A DNA stretch of 64,000 nucleotides from Octopus vulgaris. Taxonomy: Eukaryota. The notes below the pieces were generated by a model, which saw only the letters and a program-made list of their open reading frames with translations, was not told the DNA's origin and did not search any database. Made by a program: the position numbers and the translations under genes. The stretch spans positions 52,328,001 through 52,392,000 of the forward strand of contig OX597827.1 of assembly GCA_951406725.2 (NCBI GenBank), given 5' to 3'. This document shows, piece after piece, positions 51,535-64,000 of the stretch. Each line of letters starts with the position of its first letter. Position 1 is the first letter of the stretch.

Positions 51535-52440
51535 GTCACCCTTGCTAGCTACACTGATGATATGACAGTTCTGCAGATAATACAGAGCCCTGCAGCAGGA
51601 GTTGGAATCTGCTTACAGATGGGCTGAGGACAATAATATTTAGTTTAATGCTGGAAAGTTGGAAGTCCTGTGTGCAAAACTGAATATAAAGTTTACAGGG
51701 TGCCCTGACACATAGTGCATTAGAATCCTGGAATCTAAATCTGTGCAGGACCTGGGTATCAGCATGTGATGATACTTCTTTACAAGTGCACATGGCTGGG
51801 ATGGGTACATAGTGCAGACAGTGAGCTTGATGTATCCTGAGAACCCTCAGAACCATAGAGAAGGAAGCCATGATGGTCCTTTGGAGGACATTCATCCTCA
51901 GCTACAAGGACTACTGCTCCAAGCTATGGTCACCCAACAGTGTAAAACTGTGAAATTAACAACAGACCTTAAAGCAATCCATTAATGCTTCGCAAAGACG
52001 ATTGTTTCATTGCAACAGCTCAGCTACTGGGAGAGGCTGAAACAGCTAAGTCCCTACGTATTGGAGCAAAGGCGAGAGAGATGATATGCAGTAATGTATG
52101 TCTGGAAGTTCCTAGAAGAGATTGTGCCAAATTTTGGCATTAAAAGGTACACAAATGCCAGAATGGGTCACCACTGCACAGTGCTAAAGATCCCAGCAAT
52201 GCCATCACACTTCAGGACCAGTTACAGCAAATTCCTGGGTTTCAAGGGCCCACAGCTTTTTAATATTCTCCCAAAGAGCCTCAGAGACCTACACAAATTG
52301 GATGTAGATGTTTCCAAATCAAAACAGGATCTCTTCCTGTCGAGAGTGCCAGATGAACCTACCTCATGGGATGAGATTCAAATGAGGGTAGCGAATTTGA
52401 ACTCCCTTCTTCACCAAATGCCACATATCAGAGGAGGCTC
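51535..52440 (+). mobile_element. CR1/L2-group-like LINE 3' fragment
   Basis: YTDDMT (YADD-like), DYCSKLWSP, LSYWERLKQL, LEQRRER and ORF 52094-52579; stops and frameshifts. Confidence 0.8.
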
Positions 52441-53234
52441 TCAATGTAGCAAAACAGTGGTGTCCCAGCATGGCCACAGTTTTGAGCTGAAACTGCTAAA
52501 AGATATATGTTCATTGTATATATATGTATATATACCTACATATACATATAAGGTATATATAAAAAATTTTTTTCTATAATAAGATAAAACAAGGCTGTAT
52601 AGATTTTAGAACATTTATAGACAGAAGGTCTTACAGCTGTTTCCATGATATTTATTATATCCCTTCATTGAGACGGTGTGAGAGGATGGTTAAATAATGG
52701 TTAATTTAGATAAGATACAAAATAGAGAGTGAGGTGGAGGAAAGAAAATAGATGTGAGAGCCTATATGGTATATATATATATATATACACTTACCACACA
52801 GCCACTCCTGTGCCTGTCACTAGTATAGTATATGCATATATATATATATATATGTAACATATACATATATATATGTAACATATATATATATATATGTAAC
52901 ATATATATATATAACATATACATATATATATAACATACATACATATATATATAACATATACATATATATATAACATATACATATATATATAACATATGCA
53001 TATATATATGTATATATAACATATATATATATCATATACATATATTAAGTATATATATATATATATATATAATGTATATATATATTTAGCATATATATGT
53101 ATTATATATAATGTGTATTTAATATATATATATTATATACTAAATGTTTATATGATATATATATTGTAAATATATACATATACTACATATATTACATGTA
53201 CATATATATTTAGTATATATATATATATATATTA

Positions 53235-53375
53235 TTAGGTTGTCCCAAAAGTTCGTAAACACTTGCGAAAATTGAATTTTTACTCGCCAAGTACTAACAA
53301 AAACAACAAAAATTATTCCTCAAAATAAAGACCATTATTTTCCAAGACTTTCTACGAACTTTTGGGACAACTTTA
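53235..53375. mobile_element. Tc1/mariner-type MITE
   Basis: TIRs ttaggttgtcccaaaagttcgta / tacgaacttttgggacaacttta flanked by TA. Confidence 0.85.
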
Positions 53376-53394
53376 TATATGGCAAATATTTTTT

Positions 53395-53610
53395 TTTTAA
53401 TTGTTTCACTCATTTAACTGCAGCCATGCTAGAGCGCCTTCAGTCAAACAGATCAACCCTAGGGCTTATTCCTTGAAAGCATTGTACTTATTCTATCAGT
53501 CTCTTTTGCCAAATTGCTAAATTACGGGGACGTAAACACGCCAGCATCAGTTGTCCAGTATTATTAGGGGGTGCGGGGTAAACAGAGACACAAATACACA
53601 CACACACACA

Positions 53611-53652
<42 letters not shown>

Positions 53653-53810
53653 ACAGGCTTCTTTAAGTTTCTGCCTACCAAATCCACTCATAAGGCTTTG
53701 GTCAGCCCCAGGCTCTAGTAGACAACACTTGACCAAGATGTCACAGTGGGACTGAACCTGGGACCATGCAGTCGGTAAGCAAGCCACTTTCCACACGCCC
53801 ACTCCTGTAC
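53395..53810 (-). mobile_element. tRNA-derived SINE
   Basis: Reverse-complement homologue of 50741-51088. Confidence 0.8.
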
Positions 53811-55236
53811 CTATATATATAATATATATTGTATATATATATAATGTATATAGAAAATATTTTATATATATATAATATATTGTATATATATATACATATA
53901 TATATATAATATATTGTGTGTATATACATATGTAATATATTGCATATATATATATAATATATTATGTATATATATATTTATATATAATATATTATGTATA
54001 TATATATATACATATATATATATATGCATATAATATATTGTATATATATATAATATATTGTATATATTTATATTTATATATAATATATATATGTGATATA
54101 TGTATTGTTAAAATATTCACTTTGCAACTACATGCTTTTAGGTTCAGTTACTGTATTGAACATGTATTTGGCAAATTCTTTTATAACAGCCCTAGGGCAA
54201 CCAATGTTGCATTAGAATATAATTCACATATATAATAATGTGTATATATATATATATTGTTTATAAATATATACATTTGTCTGAGATTAACCGGAGCCGT
54301 CATTAGAAGAAATAAAAATTAAGCAATTATTTTTACAAGAAACATATCCAAATATACTAGATCCAATCCAGTTCATTCTTACGTTGTCACCTTCAGCAGG
54401 TTTGCATCATTAGTTATATCTCAACAACAAAGTTATTCACTTTCTAAAATTTCCGAAAATTTTCTCATGTAGTTTACTGACTCACAACATACTTGCATAT
54501 TTATGTATGTGTATATGTATATATATATATACACTCACACACACAGACACACACTCTGGGCTTAATATCCAAATGAGATTATTATATATGTGTGTATGTG
54601 TGCTTGTACATACATATTTATATATATATTTATCAAAATGTTAGAGTCAGTTTGATCTACTACTGTTTGTCTCCCTATGACGAATGAACATTACCAACTG
54701 TGACAAAAAAAAGTATGGGTAAGGCCAATACAGCCTTACCCATACTTTACAACCTAGACAATGTGGAGAGGGAAAACTTGAATAGTCAACTATTGGTCTT
54801 ACATGCAATTTTAGCACACTTAAGTGAACACTTTAGTACTTCCTCACTGTGCTCTACCTATATAGTCAGACAGAAAGCATTTTATGATCTTACAAAACAT
54901 TCTGATGCCCTGGATTAACAAGAAATACTTGTGTATAAGGGCGATGTATGCGTGAGTGTTTGGTTGTTTCCTCTTGGTTTCACAGGGGCACCTCAGAACC
55001 TGCACAGACAACAATCGTGTATAAGGGGGTAGGCAGAAAATTAGCCAAAAAAATAATCCACTGGCTTTGTATCTTCTAAGACATGTGGAATAAGAGATTC
55101 CCTACTTGAAAAACAAGTTTTAGCAACAGGTAGAGCATCTTGCTGTAAAAGAATGTTTCAAAAATAAATTTGTCTAACCTATCTTAGACTGGAAAAACAG
55201 AACTAAGAACAAAAAATATAACAGTTTGTGTGTGTA

Positions 55237-55282
<46 letters not shown>

Positions 55283-55529
55283 TTCTGTATTTATTTTTTC
55301 ATTTTACAATTGTTTTCATTGCTAGCATGGGTTAGACAGATATATTATTAAGACATTCTTTTACAACCAGAATATCCTTCCTTTTGCTAACCCTTACATG
55401 TTTTTCAAGTAAGAAATCTTTTATTTCATGCACCTTTGAAGTGAGAGGAAGATTCATTTTTGACAGGAGAAATCACATCACCATTTGTAGGGAATGACTT
55501 TCATAGAAAGCAAATATAAATAAACACAG

Positions 55530-55570
<41 letters not shown>

Positions 55571-56485
55571 TGCAGGGTTATTTTAGTTTCCATCTACCAA
55601 ATTTACTCACAAAGCTTTTGTTGATATAGGACTATAGTAAGAGACACTTGCACAGTAGGACTGAATATTAAAATATTTAATGAGAAAGCAAACTTTGTCA
55701 CACACCCATGCTTGCACCTATTTCTATATGCAGATAGATAGATATAAACTATACTTATGTAAAATAATGTGCATACATAATATATATTATAATAGTGTAT
55801 GGAAAAGATGTTTGGGTAATTTCTGCCGCCACATTTGACATTGGGTAGAAATTAAAGGACAGATACAGATAGAGCATAATACCTGCAGTATGAGTCCACA
55901 TACAAGGCTTGGTGGCAGGCAAAGTGTAAAAAAGTGCAGCACATGCATATACATAATGAAAGAGAAAGAATCACAGGCCACAGAATAGGAGTTATATAAA
56001 TGAGAAATTTAATTTCATGTTAAGGTAATAAATATTTTTTTTAATTTATATTAACACCAAGTAATTTGATAAATGTTAAATTACATTCATTGTATGTATG
56101 CTATATTTCTTGATATTACCCATGGTGGTAGAAGTATAATTCCAAAGTTACCTGTCATATGATGGCTGTGTAGGTAAATCTTGATTAGGCATTCCATAAT
56201 TAGCCAAAATACATAACTAATGTGTGTAAAATATACATACCTTAAATGCCACATTACTTGAAAAGATTATTGCTATGATATATATATATATATATTTATA
56301 TATATATGTAACTCTATGTAGGTGAAACAGGTAATACTATATATATATACATATGTATATGCATGCGTATATGTATAGTTATACATGTGTGTATGTATAT
56401 ATAGATATTTGCATAGACACATACATTTGCCCATGGACGCATGTAAACATACACCCATACATATATGCATATATAGCTGTGTGTG

Positions 56486-56537
<52 letters not shown>

Positions 56538-57063
56538 CATTTATAATATATGTATATATGTCATCATCATTTTTTTCTCATTCACTTTTCCAAGCTTGTG
56601 TGGGTCAGACAGATTTCATTGAGGTAGATTTTCTACAGCCGGACTCCCATCCTGTCATCAATTTTCACCTGTTTCCATGCAAAGTATTTTCTCATAGCTG
56701 GATATATTTCCATTAGAAGATTGGAAATGAACAACACTCATATGATGGTGACCGTGTTTACAGCTATCACATGTTGACAAAGAAAGGAGACACAAACTCC
56801 CACACACAGATGCACACACACACACACACACACATAGATACATACATATATGCATATACAATTTTCATCTACTGTTGATATATTTCTGTTTTTAACATTA
56901 TACATCTATAAAAGATGGTTTCTTGAGATGAACACCACAGTTTAGCAGGCTTTCAATGATATATCTGCTTTAAGTCTGATATACAGAGATTTCTATATAC
57001 ATACATATGTGCATGTGTGTGTTTGTACGTACATGTGCATATATATATGTGTGTATACATCTA

Positions 57064-57109
<46 letters not shown>

Positions 57110-59675
57110 GCATACATTTATATGTGCATGTATATATAAATAGATAGATGAATGTATTTTTCCTTGCAGTAACAACAGTCAGACTATATGTTTTCTTGGT
57201 TCAGTCATTTTCATTAACCCATTAATTCTCTTCATTGTCTCTCACATGATCCCTCATATCACCACACTTACAACCCCATTTCATAATCAGCCTCAGCATC
57301 AATATCTCACTGCAATCTTTTAATTGCTTTGAACCTTCATGACTTTCCTTTGTCACTAGTCTCAGTATATTTTGTGAAACCCTTAAAAAGAAAAAGAATC
57401 CTTGTTTAATAAATTATTTTAAATCTGTTTAATATTTATGTATGTATGTATGTCCATCTACTAATGCTGTTACCACTAATAATCTAACCCCTCCACTTCC
57501 ATTTGACCTGCATTAGCCATGAACTAGTTTCATTTTGGATATGACCAGGTGAATGTATCATAGAAGTAAACTATGAGCAGCTAAGTGTGTATAGCCTGGC
57601 CTTAATTTTCTGGATGATGCATAGGTACTTTACTTGGGAAAGGCTTGAATGTTAATTTTCATTTAATTTTTATCATCCTCTCCATATGCTGAAGTTCAAC
57701 TTACCTTTTTTTTTTCTCCTTATTTAACTTATTTTTATTCCTTTTCTCTGTTGATAAAAAAATATTTTGGTTTAGTAAAACTAATAGTAATTCTAATTGA
57801 TTTGTCTTTAATTTCTTTACATAGAGATTTGTTTATTATCATTAACATTGGTAATGTGGCAATCACAAACTGGTACAGCACCAGATGATATGCTATGCTA
57901 GTTTTTAGTTTCATGACATTCTGAATTTAAATCCTGCCAACTTTGCCATTTGTATTACTATAGTCAATAAAACAAATACCAATTATATCCAGGTTGGATA
58001 TTGACATTTTGACATTTCCCTTCCCCAAAGCTTCATGCCAAAATTAGAAATAATTGTATTGGTATTATTACGAAAAAGCCAGTGAACAATAAAAACAGTA
58101 GCGACAAATTAAATGCCTGACAGAATCTAATTACATCTCTTTGTGTTTTGTGTTCAAATCCCATCAAACCTTGCCTGCCATTCTTTCAAGGCCAATAAAT
58201 AAGTACCAGCTCAATAATGATCTCGATTTAATTGAGTATACTTTTTCACCATAATTTATTAATGTTGTTTCACCATAGCTTGAGCTCTGTTAGAAATTTT
58301 ATTATTAATACATTACTAAATAACTCTTTTAAAAGAATGAAATAAGTTTTGCTAATAAACATATAGCCTTTTCTATGTGAATCTAAATTGCTTTACAGAT
58401 GAAACTGTTAATAAAAAAAAAAAGAATAAAACCATATATACATAATATATGTGTATGTATGTATAGTTCTACATACATGTGTGCGCACAAACACACACAG
58501 AGAAAAGTGTAACAGAATATTTTCAAAGACTAAATATTATTAATGCTTCCACCTCCAATGTTCTGAGATTCCAAACAATTGTATCTTGTGTGATAGATTT
58601 ATCGTTTCTCTCTATATTTTAATTGGTGGGTTTAAAAGCCTCGACCTTTCTTTTCTTGCTTATAACTGTTTTATAGGATATTAAATCTTGTCAACCAAAT
58701 CAAGTGGATGACATGATCTCAGTGAAATTTCTTTTCCCTCCTTTACTCCTAACTTTTTGTGTCTTTTTTAATGCCATTTTCAGTCCTTCTTTTACACTAA
58801 TCATCTGCCTGTATCCTCCTGTCCTTAACTCTCTACTTGACCTTCCAATCTCCATCATTATAACTAGTGCATATTTTTGCCATTCTGTGCAGACTAAGCT
58901 AACCAATACCATCGCTACCATTTACTAACTTTCACAAAACTGAGTATATTTCACTCTCTGTTTTTAGTGAGTTGGTATTAGCACAATGTAGGAGTATTAT
59001 CATTCTCTGCTTCCACACAACCCCTATCCACCACCCCATCGTTTTCTTTCTCTACACGTTTTTTTCCTCCTTTTCACTGGGTATTTCTGAATTCCACCTT
59101 CTCTCTGGCAGACAAGAAGTTATGATCGGTCTTAGTAAGTGGGACTGAGTATTGACCCTGCAAAGATTAACCCCCCAATCCTAGATGAAGCTTATGATTA
59201 TATGTGTGTATGCATGTACATATATATTTGAGTATATGAATAAATCTCTACATTATCTATTAAATGTTAAAAATCATTCCAACATATTCTGCTTTCCTAT
59301 TTCTTCTTCACTAGACCCTCTTGGGGAATATTTTCTGTTGTCATTTTCCTTTCTTTTAAACATGAGTATGTAGCATCCAGAATTATATTGAAAAGTCTGT
59401 TATTTTAATCCTATCCCTTAAGGGTGATGAAATGTATTTTCTCCTTTTTGTCTTGTGCTTGCAATTATTCTTTGCTCTGACTGGTTATATTGTGTGTATG
59501 TGTATTTCTGTGTATGTGTGTAGTTTGAGTATTTTAGGTACAACCATTGTATGATTACTAACCAGGCAGCTTAGCAAGTCCTCAGGTAAAACAATATCTT
59601 TTTTATAACACAAAGTTACCCTTTAGACATTATAAATATTCAAAAATTCATTGCATCAAAAGATGCATATATATC

Positions 59676-59715
<40 letters not shown>

Positions 59716-60916
59716 TTTGTAAATATATATAACATACATATACATACAGGATTTTCTGTTGTACTATCATATTGTATTATATATTAAGGACATTTTTCAT
59801 CTGAATATTTCAGATAAAGACCTGGTTGTTTATTTTCATTGAATGTAATTAAAATTTCAATTAAAATGAATTTATTGTCAATATAAACCTTTGTAGAATT
59901 TGATACAGCAGAAAAATTAGCACAAATGGTGCGGGCTAAACTAGTGTCTAGTTTAGTATCTTGATATTCTAAAGTCAAACTCTGCTAAAGCCAGCTTTGT
60001 TATTTCAACATTCTAGAATGTTAAATTTAAGAATTGTCAATATTCTGGACTTCATTTAATTGACTTCTCTTTTCAAAGTTGGCCTTCTGCATCATCAAAA
60101 GATGATATTTTTGTTGTCAATGTGGCGAGCTATATAGAAGACCTAGTTTTGTTTGTTAAAGCCATTTATACAGCTAATGCCTTTGAGAAAGTCATGAATG
60201 CCATATTATCTCATTTTCTCCTTCATGAAGCCTTATTTATATTTGACAAGAATTTATTATTTCCTCAAGAAAAGAAATTATTCTATTTCTTTTGGCTCTT
60301 TTGCAACCATTATAGCAATTATAAGAATTTAGAATATTTTTTACTTTGTTAATTTTACTACCGACTTGCTGTTGAGACTACACACACACACACACACTCA
60401 TATTTATTATATATGTAGGCTAAGAATATTATAGTGTCATTAAGTATTGAAGTGACTGTTAAGATGTTGCTGGCCAAATGGAAAAGTAACTGAGCACTTG
60501 GAATTTACCCTAGAGTAGACTCTGCTTAGTTGTACGGGTACTTTCTTGCACATATCTATGTAAATATAATTCTTTCCCCCTTCTTTTCTGCTTACACAAA
60601 ATAAATTTCTTTTTATAAAAATTAACAAGTATTTTGAAATGTGTGTGTAATTGCACTTTTATTATCTTCACTCTTTTTCACTTTTTTAACAACTCTTTTA
60701 TGTGCAGTTGGATATTTCTAATGTTATTTTTTACTTTTATTTTCTACAAAATGTCCACAATGTGTAGTATAGACCAATGTGAATTGACTAGTTTAGATTA
60801 GTCCTGGTCCTTCTCTGGTTGAAAACCTGTTGTTGTTGTTGATGTTGTTTAGAAAATAGCCCTTTGCTTATTGATTCAGTTAAAGGGCTTTTATTGATTA
60901 ACATTTATCATTCCCC

Positions 60917-60966
<50 letters not shown>

Positions 60967-60967
60967 T

Positions 60968-61780
60968 AAGGCAGTGAGTGGTAGAACTAGTCAAATGCCA
61001 GACAAAATGCCTTGCAATATTTAATTAAATCCTTTATGTTCTGAGTTCAAATTCTGCCAGGGTCAACTTTGCTTCCGTCTATTTGAGCTTGATAAATACC
61101 ACTGAAGTAATACTGGGGTTGATTTTAATTGACTGTCTTTTCTCCCAAAAATCTGCGGCATTGTGCCAAATTTGAAATTATAGAATCAATAGAAGGCAGT
61201 CAAAATACCTCGTGATATTTACTTTCTGAGTTGAAATCCTGTGAATGTCAACTTTTCCTTTCATTCTTCTAGAATTGATAAAATAAGAACCAACCAAATA
61301 CTAGGTGATTATCTTCCTAACAACAATGTTCCAGCTTTAGATTGTGTTGTAATTGATATTGTTATTGATAGGGCGGTGAATTGGCAGAGTTAATGGAGTG
61401 CTGGTGAAAATGTCCTTTGGTATTCAGTAACTCCACTTTATATTCCAAGTTCAAACCCTGCCAGGATGGACTTCTAAATTTTCATCTTACCAGTCAAATA
61501 CTGGTGTAGATTTAATCATCTCCACTCTATCCTAAAATATGAGTTTGTCTCTTCCTAATTCAGTAATTTTGAGCTAACAGAAATCATTAATCAGACAAAA
61601 TGCTTAGCAGCATTTCTTCTTGCACTTAATTGTTTTGTTCAAATTCTGCTGAGGTCAACTTTACTTTTCATCCTTTCAAGGTCAATAATAAAGTAGTAGT
61701 CAAGTCCTGGGGTCAATGTAATCAACATGCCCCTTCCCAATCAAAATTGTTGACCTTGTGCCAAAATTAGAAAGAATTCT
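60968..61780 (+). mobile_element. Cluster of 3-4 tandem decayed SINEs after an (ATT)n repeat
   Basis: Repeated ggcagtgag/ggcggtgaa..tggcaga..aaaatg..gttcaaa..gtcaacttt..tcatc units. Confidence 0.75.
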
Positions 61781-62914
61781 TAATATTCTTACTAATACTA
61801 TTCTTGTTGTTAAGGAAGTGGATTGATAGAATACAGTTCAACATGGGACAAAATGCCTTGTATTTATTACATTCAAATGATTTTTGTTCACATCTTACTG
61901 ACATTCATTTTGTATTTCATCTCTTCAGAATTAATACAATGAATACACAAAGTGTTTCTCAGCAGCACTCCTACTTTACCATGCAAGCCCTATTTCGGAT
62001 ATGGTTTCTATTCCTGGCTGGAAGTGTTTTAACTTCATTTATATTACTTGTAAAATGCTTAAGCATCACAACTCCCCATTTCTCCTACTCCCTAAAAATC
62101 TCAGACTTCATGCCTATATAAGAGACTAATATTTTTATTATAACTAATCTACTAATTTTTCATAATACACACACATATACTAATTAGTTCCTCAACAAAT
62201 AAATAAAAATTTTTTAACGTCTACTATTTGCATGCCCCACTTACCCCAAAGTATAAATAAATCATTCCATGGAATGTTGCTGTCAAATTCAACTATTCTT
62301 AACTATATTTTTAAATTCTGCTTATTTTGAACTGCATTATTTAAATAAATAAACTTTAAAAAGAAAGGTGGGTGGGGTCTCCTTTTTGTGAAAAAAAAAA
62401 TTACAAAAAAGCCAAAGTAGGCAAACAAAAAGAGAAATTCACATCCAAACAAATGTTCAATCATTTTTTTTTATTTTAATGCATTTGAGCTATGTGTATG
62501 GGTGCAGCTGTTATTATAACTTTCTTCTACACATAATGTGTACCTGAAAAAGATATAAAAAGATGACCATTGAGTATTCATAAGATGCAAGCTGTTTATT
62601 ACTATTTTTAAATGTGTAATGGCTGAGTGAATAAAGGTAACTTGTTATTGGATTGGACTTTAGGCTTATGGATTCTAAAATTTGCACCTCCCTAACTGTG
62701 ACATAGCTTTATCATTGTTGTTGTTATTATTATTATTATTATTGGAATCAGGTGCTAACTTTCTCATAACTGCTTTCTAACTGGAAGTTCTATGAATGTA
62801 ACAAAATTGTTTCCTACATCTTGTTATCTATCAGTATAGCCTGGTCCTGAAGTGGTAATTAGAGAGCTGTAAATTTTTAAGAAATTAAAACTGAAAAGAG
62901 AAATTACTCTCTTT

Positions 62915-62945
62915 CGTTTCTCTCTCTTTCTCTCTCTCTCCCTCC

Positions 62946-63014
<69 letters not shown>
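62915..63014. repeat. (CT)n(CA)n compound microsatellite
   Basis: Directly visible. Confidence 0.95.
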
Positions 63015-63016
<2 letters not shown>

Positions 63017-64000
63017 TTACCTTTTCTCCTTGCTTGTGATTTCAAAAACCAGCAACAGAAATTGAAATTTTATAGTTGTGGTCCCATGCAAAGTACTTAA
63101 TGATGGTTATTTGTGATTGCTTTCTCCTGTAAAATTACCATATTGGTGAGTAAAAGATTAAGCTAACATCATGTTCAACAACACTTTTCTATGCCCTTTT
63201 AATAAAATAAAAAAAGAGAAACACTAGGATTTACAATTGGTGTCACAACATGAAACTTCTCTCAGCAAACAGAAGTAATGGCCATACTATCAGTTACAAA
63301 CAAAAATGACTATAGTCTATGTTGAATTACAGAAATAATCCTTCAACATAGCTGTATTTCAGAATCAGATGGTTTCAGCAGTATGAAGAAATATATCATG
63401 TTCATTTCATTACTGGAAAGTATTTAAAGTGTTCATAGTTAGTATTGATGAAATTATCTATTTTCATAAAAGCTGTTAACACTAACGTACCTTTTGTTTT
63501 TCATGCAGAAAGCATCTCTGAATCGTTGAATCTATGAATAATTTTATTTTTCTCATGCCGGTAAATATACAATCTTGTATATTTACAGATTCATTCATTA
63601 TTATTTTGGTAAGTATGGGGAGGTCAGAATAATACAGAAGTATATCCAAAGATGACTCCCATACATGCTGGAAAAATGAAAATTATTAGTCATTGATTAA
63701 TTTTCTATACATTAAATATATTGATCTGTCTTCATATTGATATAATTTTTATGGGTCATGTGGATTCCACAACATCAAAATTGTACCTTTCAATTTTTTT
63801 TTTACTATTTTGTGTTGGTTTATTGCCATTTATATTTCTAGACTGTTTCTCTCTCATTTATAAACACATAAAACATGATTTTGTTAGCATTTATGCTGCT
63901 CTGCTAGAGAAGTTCATGACTTGGTCTTAATAACCAACTGGAACTTTTTCAATTACAATGCTATTGAATTACTATTTCCATATCCTTATAATTTAACACT

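Noticed and set aside
58700-58928. Overlapping 73-74 aa ORFs on both strands
   Set aside because: No recognisable domain or exon boundaries.

Overview
AT-rich, microsatellite- and retroposon-dense animal genomic DNA. The repeat content suggests a coleoid cephalopod such as Octopus (inference). The window holds the 3' part of one large + strand gene of the CPEB2/3/4 (Orb2) subfamily. Seven exons (6899-36035) splice in frame into the conserved DRxxxxDS..LE..L.D.MR block, RRM1, RRM2 and the ZZ zinc finger, followed by a probably very long U-rich 3' UTR. The N-terminal low-complexity exon(s) lie upstream of the window. The main find is invisible to the ORF track: a 24-nt frame-preserving microexon at 16495-16518 encoding ARAYGRRR, in the same position and phase as the vertebrate neuronal CPEB4 microexon (ARTYGRRR). 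Also found: a candidate 75-nt cassette exon, a candidate poison exon, decayed Penelope-type hammerhead motifs (two sense to the pre-mRNA), long intronic hairpins, a young Helitron, a young SINE with a 16-bp TSD, and RTE/LINE, mariner and MITE remnants. All calls are by eye; no searches were run.
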